Assembly: GCF_036321535.1 (NCBI RefSeq)
Contig: NC_087437.1
Coordinates: 35,466,001 to 35,530,000 of the forward strand
Direction: 5' to 3'
Length of the DNA stretch: 64,000 nt
Origin: Camelus dromedarius
Taxonomy: Eukaryota
Under the pieces are notes generated by a model. The model was not told the origin of the DNA. It searched no databases and saw nothing but the letters and a program-made list of their open reading frames with translations. The number at the start of each line of letters is the position of its first letter. Position 1 is the first letter of the stretch. Made by a program: the position numbers and the translations under genes. This document shows positions 11,561 to 22,289 of this stretch, piece after piece.

Positions 11561-13309
11561 GTTTCTTGTGTGACTGTGACAAGTGGAACCCCAGGACTAC
11601 CTGTTAAATATTGTTAAGGCAGCATTCTGTAAAGGCTGCTGTTTGTATGAATTTTCCCCCTCTGGCATTCAAATTTTGAAAGAATTGAGTAGTATCTGCC
11701 CAGTCCACGTACCTTTCAAAACAAGGGGGAGGGATTTTTTTTTTTAACTCAGCACTTTATGCAAAGGTTTTGTTGAGATTGATCGAGTCCATTCTCTGTA
11801 GTTAGAACTCTACATGCTGTACTAAGCGTATTTTATACACACTTGATAAAGACAGTAATCTCTGGAACCAGTTTCCAGGCTTGCTCACTCTGGGACGAGA
11901 GATGGTAACCCTTATCTGCATGGTCCCTGTGGGAGACTGCAGTTGTCCTGCCTGGGCTCTGGGGGGACCCAGTGAGCATCCCTTTGATGTATCCCACATC
12001 ACCTCATCTTATCTGTGCACGGTTGCCACAGTCTCATTTCAAGAGAAAAATAATCACAAAAAGCTCTGTTTCTACTGATACACCTAATCAAGGTCCCATC
12101 TTTGAGAACTGAGTTCTTGTTAACTTGTTTCTTTGAGCGATTCTGCTTTCCTATAATACACTGCTCAAATCTTAACTGCTTCTATTTCTCGTTAAACCTC
12201 CACATTGTTGGACAATTTGTCTGGTCTCGAGTTTCCTTATTACTTGGAATTTGTTAATTGTTTTCATGCTTCCTTGTGATAACCATTGGTCCCTGGGGTT
12301 TCAGAGTCACTGCCCTAGGGAATCATGGTACTCCCTTTAGCCTAAAAAGACTTCTGAGATATGTGGCTTGTATTCCAAAACAAAACGTATATAGACAAAA
12401 TTATATAATCATAAAATTGGATAAACATGAAAAATTATTTTCCACCCTAGAGATTCTGAAGCACCACCTGTCATTTATTAGGTTGTCCAGGCCTAATATG
12501 GATGAGACATTGTGACTTTTGCATCCTGGGCAACAGCTAATTTTAAATAGAGCTGTCTTACCCAGATTGAGGCATTGGCTCCCAATTAAGCAAAGTTGGA
12601 GTTGACTTCTGGCTACTTCAAGCCCAGTCTTGTTAAAGACCCATAAAAGCAGCCATAAGCTGTACTCAGTTCTGGTTGGAACTTGATCATTTCATGTTTG
12701 AGACTTGTTCCTGACTTTCTTGAGTTTTGCCTCTTAAATAATTGGCAGTTGCAACTGGAGAGATGTCATTCTCATTTCACTGTCCAACTAAAATAAGATG
12801 GGAGTGCCTTACATGGTGCTAAAAATGGCTTTTATGCTCCTGTGGCAGTTTTCTGTCTAATCAGAGGGCTTTCTTAGGCAAAGAAGAGACACTTTAAGCT
12901 CACAAAAACCCTTTGCTCTCTGGACATCTTTAATAGATTTCAGCCTACCTCTTAACAACCTCTCTCCCCCTTCCTAGTCAGAGGAAAGATGTTTGCACAA
13001 TAATCCTTAATTAAGATACTGTCCCCAGAAATTGTCAGCTGTGGTGGTTTAGAACTGCAGAAATCTCTTGTGAGAAAAACAACTGTGCCTAACCATAACA
13101 ATTAAAAAACATTATTTACATAGTCATAATAATCCACTAATAAGTGTTATCATCTTAGAATCATTTGGGAGACAAGTCAGGGTAGATAAGTGGAATTTTT
13201 AACCCTGGTACACAAACCATGAGAGATGAATAGAGTTTTTTTAAAAAGTGCCTTTCAGGCTTTTGAGGCTGTGATAAAACATGTCTGATTTTCACACAAA
13301 GAGAACAAT

Positions 13310-13470
13310 GGTTACAATGACAATCACCATTTTTTAAGTGGCCACCATGTGCCAAATTCTGAACTCAATAATTTATAATTATAATCCAGTTAATCTTTTT
13401 ACCCAGCCAGAAGGTAGACATTACATATTTTACAGGTGAGAAAACTGAAACTTGGAGAAGCTGAGAAAAC
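13310..13470. mobile_element. MIR inserted in the integrase of fossil B
   Basis: ccaccatgtgccaaattctgaactc...gaaggtagacattacatattttacaggtgagaaaactgaaacttggagaag. Confidence 0.8.
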
Positions 13471-14959
13471 TGTTGTCACCCTTACTCTTCCCAGACTTAC
13501 TTTGTGGTTAGTATGACTTTATTGCTGGAAGACCTCAAGTGTTTTAAGTAAATTGTCCCAAAATTATTTCAAAAACTGTCAGAATTTGAATTGGTAGATC
13601 AAAGAAAGACCTGTCATATTTTTTTATTCTAGAATTATGAGATAGGAAAAGCAATGGTATGTGACTCATGACAACTGATTTCCATAGCCATCGTTGGCCC
13701 CATCATATAGCAGTGTTGTATACAGTTGATAGCTTCCATTTCCTTATTTGAACACTTTGAAATGGGACAGTTTCTAAAGTCCTACACCTTTTGAAATCTA
13801 AGACAGCTGAAGATACTCAAATTTACATTTTGAGATTGGAACATCAGAGTGAATCTTCTATTGTATACCAGCCCTCGTAGGCATAACTGTATATGAAGCC
13901 TTTGATCATTTCATGAGTGGCAAAATGATACTCACTTTGTACATTTCTGCTGGCTATCTCAGTCACAACCCACTTCTTGAGTAATGCCTCATGCAGTGTC
14001 ATAATGGCGTCAGGATGCCAGTTAGAGCAACAACATTGCCCTGCTAGATGATCATCAGTGTCAGGAGATGCGGCAGATTCCTGTTGCTTGATCAAGATGT
14101 TTAAAATCCCATTCTGCACAAACGGAAATGCTCGGAAGGATATAATGAGAGGTAATAGTAATTTTTAGATTGCCTGTCAACCCTAAGCCCATTTCTATCC
14201 ATCACAGAAATGATATAACCCTCACTTCTTGTGCTTTGCTGATTTGCATAACCAACAGCATCAATACCTCTCAATTTCTTTTTCCAGCTTCCCACTAAAA
14301 CAGATCCTTGATTTGCAAAGTCATAATATATTCTGGCATAGACTATTCACTCCTTGAAAAAATGTGTAAGTTGACCACCAATTAAGTATAGAAATCTATT
14401 AAAATACAATACCAAATAAAAGCTTAATATTTTAAATCCAACAATACACTTGGTAGCAAGACATCTCTTTATGCAGTTGCATGGAGCCCTAGAAGCTATC
14501 TTATGGTCATATTCTCTACCATCTGGTCTTAAATTGCTAATCCCTACGAGAATTCCCATCCAGCAAGTATGGGTGGGGAAAAGCAGCTGCTTCCATGCTG
14601 GTTGATTTGGTATATTAATTAAAACTTATGTATAATTATTTGCTGAAGGTGTATGTATGTAAAAATCAGCTTGTGTGAGTTGAGCTCTAAAGGGAATGAA
14701 CTTAGTTCCCAGAAAGGGAAGGAATGTCATCAAGAGAATGTTGGCTGGCCTCCCAGACAGGTCCCTACAAGATGATCTTTCCCTCAGTGGATTTGCCATA
14801 GTTCAGTATGATGCTGTCAGCCTTAAAGACCAAGAAATGGAGTCTTGAAGTGCTCAGGTTCATGATGCCGTTTGCTGCTAACAAAACTCACAAGAGACTA
14901 AGTTACAAAAAGAGAATGTCAATCCTTTAGTTAATGAGAAATATGACTTTGAGTTGGAA

Positions 14960-15300
14960 CTGTCCTTTCTCTTATCCAGGGCCAAAGCCTTCACTTACAC
15001 ACACAAATCCTATTCCTTCTCACTGACTGGAAATACTTGGCTTCTGCAATCTTCCTGCTTTCTCCTCTATCAACAAATTTCTTATTTTTCTGTCATCAGT
15101 TAGCATGCTATATAATATCTTCCATTGGGGGTGGGGGGAAACTCTCCCTAGGTCTTATATTTCCCTTCAGGCACCATTCCATTTCTCTGTTGCCTTTCTC
15201 AGCAAAACTCCCCAAAGAAGTGGTACACATATTTGATATCTCCTCTTTCCCACCTCCTGTTCTCTCTTCAACCCACTGCAAAGAGGATCTCTCCTTTATC
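14960..15300 (+). mobile_element. L2 fragment inserted in the RT of fossil B
   Basis: tgtcctttctcttatccagggccaaagccttcact...ccatttctctgttgcctttctcagcaaaactcccca...ttctctcttcaacccactgcaa. Confidence 0.75.
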
Positions 15301-15764
15301 ATGCTATTAGAACAAGATGGGATAGAAAAGCACAGAAAGATCTAGCATTGCAAACAGCATGTCTTCTCCCCCAAAGAACCTCTATTTATAAAAAATTCTG
15401 ATTTTCAAATTGCATTTGAAGGAAAAAATACTTACTAATTTTTCAATCAGCCTGGGTGAAATACACAGAAGTTCAGTCGAGATTCTTTCCCTGAGCTCCT
15501 CTGTTTGCTGAGTGCCACTTGCAGAGATTCCGCTTGCGGACCAGTCAGTTAGGAGAATGGTGTATGATACAGATGCTTGGACTGTTCCTATGAGCCCTGA
15601 CGCCTGTAGCTCTTCATAAGTCAGTGACATGAAGTGAAGCCCACGTGTGTTTGTAATAATAGTCTCATCAGCTCCCTTTGGAACCTGCTCTATCCTTGCC
15701 TTAGACTAAGGCTCTTCTATAGAATGTTGCAGTAATCACATCTTTGCATAGTAGTGAGCCCAGG

Positions 15765-18125
15765 TCATTCATTTCCTGTTCTGTGATTTACTCTAGTCAA
15801 GGTCCCCCACCACTTCCATGTTGCTAAATTCAATGATAAATTCTTTATCATTTTGTTCAGCCTCTGAAGAGCATTTGACATGGTTGACTCCTTGAAACAT
15901 TTTCTTTCATTTTCTGGGCTACCAAGTGATCTCACTGGCCACTTGGTCTCAGATTTCTTTGATGGCTCTCCTTTCTCTATCCTGCCTCTGCATGGCTGTT
16001 TGCTCCTGGGATCATTTCTTGGCTTTCTTATCTGTCTACCTTTTCTCACAGCATGATGGCCTCAAGTCTCCCATGACTTTAAGTACCAACTATACACTCT
16101 TTCAAATTTATGTCCCCAGTCTCAACCCCATCTCTGAGCTTCATGTTAATCAGTGCCACCCTTACACCTAAGATATGCAAAATAAAGCAAGGAAAATTAT
16201 GAATAACCTGTACAACCAAGTCAGTGTTACTTTATTTGAATGGCGTATGTTGTACAGGATATGAAAACATCTGAATACACCTAAATTAAGCCAGCCAGTT
16301 GCCCTGGGTTAGACTGAATAGTTTCAGATTCTGATAACCTTGGTTCTTTATAGGACCTGAGTGCTGGGAAATGTTCTGCTTTCTTGACACTTTTCTTAAC
16401 AGGTATTCACAGACTGACTGGTCATCGTTAACTGTTGTGAACCACTTGAAATAAACCATTTGCACTTGGTCCTACACACATTAGGGGTGGCTCTGAAGCT
16501 AATGTGGCTAATTAAATGACTTACATTGCCACCTAGATGTCTACTAGGCATCTCATAATGGGTCCAAAACACAAAACCCATTCTCTTAATCTTCTCCATC
16601 TAAGTGAATAGCTCCATGATTGACTTTTAATTATTCAGGCCCCCAATTTATATGTTATCCTTGTAGATTTTCTTTCCTTCCTCTTCTCATCTACATCCAG
16701 TCCAACAGCGAATATCAGCCTCTGACTTCAAAATAAATCCTGAATATGATCACTTTTCACAGCCCCCATTTCTTGTACCATAGGCCAAGCCCCTGTCTTT
16801 TCTTTCTAGGACTACTGCAATGTTTCCTGAAACTGCTTCACAAAATGATACCTGTGAATCACCAGGGGATACTAAGTGCAGATTCTGATTCAGTCATGAA
16901 TGTGGCCTGAGATTCTGTATTTATCTCGAGCTCCCAGGTGGCACAAGTGCTGCCAGCCAATAGACCTCAGGAGAAGTAATGTATAATCAAGTATAAAACA
17001 CTGCAGATGATGACTGGGCTATGAGGAACATAAACCAGGGTTAGAGAATAACCGCTCTTCAATCCCTTTCAGTCTTTTATGTAACTAGAGTGATCTCTTT
17101 AAAAATTACATCATATCATGTATCTCCCTACTCAACCCCCTCACAATCCTCTACCTCCTTGGTCTCTCACTATACCTTGAATCAAACGAAAGTTGCTTAG
17201 CACCAGGCCTTATGAAATTTGGCCTGAAATCTCTTCGAGGTCTGCTCCTACCACATCTTGCTCAGTGTGAGCAAAGCTGTTCTCTCCCCTGAATACATCC
17301 AACTTTTTCTACCTCAGCGTCTTGACGCTTCCTAGTCTTCCTGTCTAGATTACTTTTCTCCTTATCAGTCAGGTTTCTTTCTGCTCAAAAGAAGTTCTCT
17401 GAGAGAGGATATCTTTGCACTATATAAAATAAGTTAGATTTCATTTCCTTGTTTTTTTTTTTTTTCTGAACACAAATTATCTGTGACAGGCAGAATAATG
17501 CCCAGAACCTTGTGAATATGTTACAAAAGGAATTTTGCAGATGTGATTAAGGATCTTGACATGGGGATATTCTCTTGGATTACCTGAGTGGGTCCAGTGT
17601 AAGGGTTCTAGTAAGAAGGAGGCAGGAGAATCAGAGTCAGAAACAGGAGAGGTGACAATGGTAACATCAAGGTTGGAGTGATGCACTTTGAATATGGAGA
17701 AAGGGGCAAGAACCAAGGAATCCAGGTGGTCTCTAGAAGCCAGAAAAGACAAAGAAATGAAATACTCTGCTAGATTCTTGAGGGAACACAGCTTGGCTGG
17801 CACCTTGAATTTAGCCAAGTTCCATTTTGGACTTCTGACCTCCAGAAATTTAATTTAATAAAAATTTAATAAAAAACAATGAAGTTGACTTTTTTAAGCC
17901 ACGAAGTTTGTTACAACAGCAGTAGTAAACTAATACATCATCTAAAGTTGGTGTTTGCTTTTTTTCATGTTAATTTATTTGCATCTTCCCGATTAGTATG
18001 CAAGCTACATGAGTGGAGGAACATCTGTTTTGTTACTTGCTGTATCCCTGTGTGTTTAGTTCTTAGAACAGTGTTTGACACATAGTGGGTGCTCAATAAC
18101 TCTTGGTTGAATAAATGAATTATTA
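15765..18125 (+). mobile_element. Fragmented L2 (ORF2 to 3' end) with nested MLT1 and MITE pieces
   Basis: gtcaaggtcccccaccacttccatgttgctaaattcaatg...gcatttgacatggttgactcc; 3' end agaacagtgtttgacacatagtgggtgctcaataactcttggttgaataaatgaat. Confidence 0.8.
17482..17937 (+). mobile_element. MaLR solo LTR (MLT1D-like)
   Basis: tgtgacaggcagaataatg...ttttgcagatgtgattaaggatcttga...gtttgttacaacagcagtagtaaactaataca; near-TSD ttatc/tcatc. Confidence 0.9.
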
Positions 18126-18249
18126 GACTGGATACTCAGGTTAATTGACTTGGACAGTGTTTATATCAGTCAAGATTAAAGGAGAGAAGTAGAATCACTA
18201 GGATAGACACACATACAGACACATGAATTATACCTTTTGCAATTTTGGA

Positions 18250-18720
18250 ATTTAGTTAGGGAGTTCCTGTACTGCTCATTGTCTTCACATCTGATCTGAT
18301 GCTAGAGCTTAACGTCCCCAGAACAAGCAGTTGGGAAGGGAAGATAAATATAAATTGGAAAGGAGTAAGAACAAGCTGGGAAGACAGATTGGAATCCACA
18401 GGGATGATCAAAGTGTCAGTTCTTGCTGCTTCTGACTTTGATGGAATGAGTATCCTGCAGAAAGCCAGGAGCCATTCATTGTCTGTGGCTAAACACACAC
18501 ACTTGGCCCAGGAGTTAGTGATGCTGAAGGAGATCCAAGGGAAGGTGAGGAGTTGCGAGCTTGGCTGCAGTCTCATGCCAACAACATGAGTCAGAAGATA
18601 AGTAATGTGTATGAGCAACATGATGATGCCTCAAATCCACCCTCCAAATTCACCATGAGAATCTCTGTGGTAGTCAATCCACTCGAACAGGAAACATCCA
18701 TATGTAAATGTACAACTAGG
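18250..18720 (-). mobile_element. Old ERVL-class LTR (LTR41/LTR33-like) containing an APOA4-like segment
   Basis: tgcctcaaatccaccctccaaattcaccatgagaatctctgtgg...ggaaacat resembles the ERVL LTR end; 18455-18621 (+) translates LQK..H..LAQ..LKEI / EELRAWLQSHANNMSQKISN. Subfamily name is from memory. Confidence 0.6.
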
Positions 18721-19800
18721 GATAACATATAATCAGGATATTTAATGGTATCAGATTTTGACTGTCTTGTTACTGGTGCACCTGCATAATGGGTACACAT
18801 GCCTACCCACACATGTGTAGGCATCTCTGCCAGGCATTCAAGAGTACTCTTAAAACAACACTTGGAAGGTCAATGGAAGTCAATGAAAAATATGCCTGTT
18901 TGATTCATGTCTTTATTTCTTCAGACATTTCTCTCTCTTTTTCTTTTTTTAGCTGTCACATTTTTTTTTAAGATAATATTTTCAGTCTAATCTGGTCTTA
19001 ATGTTCTGGGATCCATTTTGTCTCCTCAAGAGATTTTGTTTTGAGCAGATTTATTACATTGATTACATTGTGAAACATCTTTGCTAAGCTCCTGATATTT
19101 GAAGAGTGGGAAGGTAATAACCATTACCAGAAATAAAAGATTTCATTTTGTTACATTGATTACGTTACAAAACAACTTTGCTAAGCTCTTAATATTTGAC
19201 GAGTAGGAAGGTAATAGCCATTACCAGAAATAAAATATTTCATTTTCAACAATCAAGCAAAAATGGATTTAAGAAGATGGGGAAGAACTAGGACTTTCCC
19301 CACTCAGGTTGCCAGGTAATTCATTGAGTCCTCTTAGGTCAGGATACATCTCAAATTTTCTCCTCCTTTTTTCTCTTCACTTTGGTTTTCTAGGTCTTTT
19401 CACCAGTATTAGGTGGTGTGTATAAAAACCATTGCACATAATGTTTCTTTATTCACAAATATTTCTTTATTCACAAATATCACCATATAAGTTAAGATAG
19501 AGCTGAAATAAGACAAATCTCTGCGGAGCTGCCTATATTCTTAGATTAGTTGGTTTTTTAAAAGTTTGTTTCAAAATATAGCATTTTCTAAGCCACATAA
19601 GACTTCTTTGGATTAAAGTTAGTGATGACATTGTAGCCAGTCATACCATTTTATTATGCTCTTCACAGTAACTGAATTGAGACCTCTGGGAAGATTAATG
19701 AACAACAGAAAGATTCTGTTTTTTCTCTTCTTACTAGAGTTGCAGGTGAAAGGGCAATTGCTTTGTTTTTTAATTTCATTTACTTTGGGATAAATCTATA
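18720..19800 (-). mobile_element. Two adjacent Gypsy RT fragments (fossils E and F)
   Basis: First: SPATLVRR (19726-19749), RGLNSVTVKS (19658-19687), LCGLENAIF*NKL. Second: LILVKRP, DLRGLNE (19320-19340), IFA*LLKMKYF..NGYY, CFVT, VLRVLLNA, IKYPDYMLS (cf. VKYLGH.IS). Confidence 0.72.
19052..19246 (+). repeat. 97-bp tandem duplication, two diverged copies
   Basis: ttacattgattac...ctttgctaagctc...gaaggtaat.ccattaccagaaataaaa.atttcatttt starts at 19054 and again at 19151. Confidence 0.95.
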
Positions 19801-19989
19801 TTTCTTTCTGCATTGCTGTGTTATTATGTACTTTGCCAGTGAGCAGTATAGCACCGATAAAAATGCATTTACACAGCAGCACACTTATAACAAGACATTG
19901 TAGTATATTGAATTATACTTAAGTGGTTTTAGTAAGCATAATAATGAATAACTTTATTTTCTAAAGTCAAAGCCAGTTGGAAGTTGTAA

Positions 19990-20420
19990 TTCTGGACTCC
20001 CTGTACATTTGTACCATCCAGTCAGGCTTAGAACTGGAATCATCCTTGATTCCTCTCTTCCCTTCACCACTTAGAGTCAATCAGCCTACAATTCTTTTAA
20101 ATTTTTAATAATCCCTATTTTTATATTCATACACTTCTTTTCACTATTACTACGTCCATCCAAAAATAAGGACCTCAGTCTTATGTCCTTACAGTAGCCT
20201 CCACACAGAACCCCTAACTTCCAATTCCTTCCCTTTCCTCCAGTTTATTCTGCCAGTCAGTCTGCTTAGCCTTCCTACCATATTGCTGTTATCCTGACAT
20301 TGCTCCCAAGCTTTTAATGTCCTGTCCTACCACCTTCTGTAGGATGAGCAAAAACTCTTGAGACTGATGTGCAAGATCTATATAATCTCCCCTGTTCATT
20401 CTATGCTGTTCACCCCTGCC
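19990..20420 (+). mobile_element. L2 fragment
   Basis: caggcttagaactggaatcatccttgattcctctcttcccttcacc...tcaatcagcc. Confidence 0.6.
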
Positions 20421-20999
20421 TTTGAAACCTAGTTGAGTAGAATTAGAATAATCAATAGAGCCTCTGAGTTGAAGGGAGCTCAGATTTGAAACCTGAGTGA
20501 TCTAGAAGGTGAGAGAGTATGAAGAGTGAAGGATGCAGTGAAAGTTGGATTTGAGAGGGAGTTATAGAAAGTTAGGGGAGAGAGAGGAGAGATTTTGGTG
20601 GTAGCTATATGGCCAATGAGATATTGAGTAAAAGGCGAAAAAAGGGGCTTTTAGATAGTTTACTATGGATTATGTGTAGAAACTCTCCTGTTATTTTAAG
20701 TGACTTAGGAAAGATAAATACTAGTTCTCAATTTTTTTCTCTGCCCAGTGATTTTTAAAAATGTGACCAACACCTTGTGATGGAGTGGGAACCAGAAGAG
20801 CCAGTTTTGTTTCCCTCATGAAGCCCTTCAATAAACAGAAAAGCTAAAACTGGAAGGAGTGCAATGAAGGAAGGGGTTGGCTTATGGTGAATTTACAATG
20901 TGAGGACCTAGTGTAGATTAGGGGCTAAAGAACACTTCTCCGTGTCAGTGGTGTTTATGCAGAAACTTGTCAGATGACAGTTGGGGGAATAAAGGGCAT

Positions 21000-21380
21000 A
21001 ATCCATGCAAAGTGTTTAGCACGGTGTATGATGGATGGATATTAGCAATGCAATTACTTCTAAAAATTTAGTGTTCTTGTATCTTCTTTAAAACTAGATG
21101 GTAAAAACCATTCATGGTAGGTAGAGCCACTGTTTTCTGCTTATTTTGTATCCCTGTAATGTCCAGCATTCTACCTTGCAGTGAAGTTTAGTTAAAAGAA
21201 CACAAGATTAGAGTCTAGTAGACAGGGACTAAAATCATGACTTATGAGCTGTGCAACTCTAGGAACAATATTTAACTGGGCTACATTCTTCTTATTTGTA
21301 AAACAAGCATTATACTACTTCAGGGGATTTCTGGGATGATTAAAAATATGTTGCATAGTAAAGGGTAATTTATTACTATT
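21000..21380. mobile_element. MIR and L2 3'-end fragments
   Basis: gcaaagtgtttagcacggtg; gttaaaagaacacaagattagagtctag...tgagctgtgcaactctaggaac. Confidence 0.6.
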
Positions 21381-22289
21381 TTAATATTTAAGTAATAAAT
21401 ATTTCCTTATATAAAGGCATAAAAATGGTATTTTAAATTACATATTAATCATTTGAAATTTATGATAATTTGGTTGTAGGTGAGAGAAGTTTGTATCTAT
21501 AGATGAGTGTGGTCAGCAAAGAAATAATGTAATGGTGATATCTTCAAAGATTAAACCTCTTAGGGAAACAACTTCTATCCAAAATCCCAAAAAGTATAAA
21601 AAGAAAAAAACAAAACTCACCCATAATCTGTTTCTACCTAGTCTCTGTTTATAAAACAATCTAAAAAGTGTTTAGAAATAATGAGCTATTAACACTGATT
21701 AGTTATCTATTAATTGAAGAAGTGCTTTAAAAATCTAGACTCAAAAACACTGTAATAATTCCTTTCTTTGCAGTTAGAAATACTTAATTATTTAACAATT
21801 ATTTAACAAATACTTGAAATTTTCAATTTTGGAGTAGTTCATTTTTTTTTACTTATTTAGGAAGGTCATTATAATTACTATGCAAAGATTTTACTTTTAG
21901 AGGAAGTATACACTATTTATTTTAGTCTTCCTTAATTTTTTTCAAAAGTGCACGTCTTGTGAAAGGAAGGATTAAATACCATTTGCTATGGTAGTCTGCT
22001 CCTGGCTTTCTGGGAAAGGTATTACTTTGGTTGATGATTTTTATCTATAATTAAATTTCCTTTTTGCTCTCAGAGAGAGCCAGATCCTCATTATAATTTG
22101 TATTGCTTCATATTCACTAAACTATGTATGAAAAAAATCTTTGTTTTATAGTTTGAGGAGAGTTTTGAAATTACTGCGTGAAGATACTTGAAACTTTTGC
22201 CTCATTGAAAAGCACTGGATGTTTTGAGAAAAATCAATAAACCATATTCCTACTATAACCCAAAGGGAACAAAGTTACTGAGGTTTGAA

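Larger units (their letters stand above)
6880..12050 (-). mobile_element. Decayed Ty3/Gypsy pol fossil A (protease, RT, RNase H, integrase)
   Basis: Collinear on minus: VMWDTSKG and LQSPTGTMQI (protease, ORF 11802-12002); *ASILVGKK (10371-10397), ETKSKVEYPYL and VFLLMLFS (10100-10123) in one frame; YTQDINETG (~9685-9712, the YxDD position); FRIHAEY..LSHI and IINYAHRMLAHARRS (ORF 9120-9308, cf. VIAYASR.L..AERN); RSELLLNYHQCVHSHHVPRD (ORF 7289-7597); IVEFSWPF..NRKKCLL, TNWV and GNI*VTIFLEL. Confidence 0.78.
12550..15700 (-). mobile_element. Decayed Ty3/Gypsy pol fossil B (RT, RNase H, integrase)
   Basis: Collinear on minus: EELQASGLI..ILL and PRLIEKL..FS..NLK..FYK (ORF 15382-15630); FLGTKFIPFRAQLT (14674-14715); PAWKQLLFPTHTCWMGILVGISNLRPDGREYDHKIASR...LYLIGGQLT (14350-14600); SWKKKLRGID; FVQNGIL and KWVVTE (ORF 13844-14119); PFQSVQI; GNQLS*VTYHCFS (~13645-13685); FWDNL..GLP (~13525-13565). 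Confidence 0.8.

Noticed and set aside
14700..14900. CR1/L3 RT on the plus strand
   Set aside because: The minus-strand translation (FLGTKFIP, HFL..STEG) fits Gypsy RT and is collinear with the adjacent RNase H.
18299..18621. Functional APOA4 gene or standalone processed pseudogene
   Set aside because: Only about 55 codons, frameshifted, no polyA tail or other APOA4 parts, and embedded in LTR-like sequence.
19052..19246. CRISPR-like or minisatellite array
   Set aside because: Only two adjacent copies with no spacers, in mammalian DNA.
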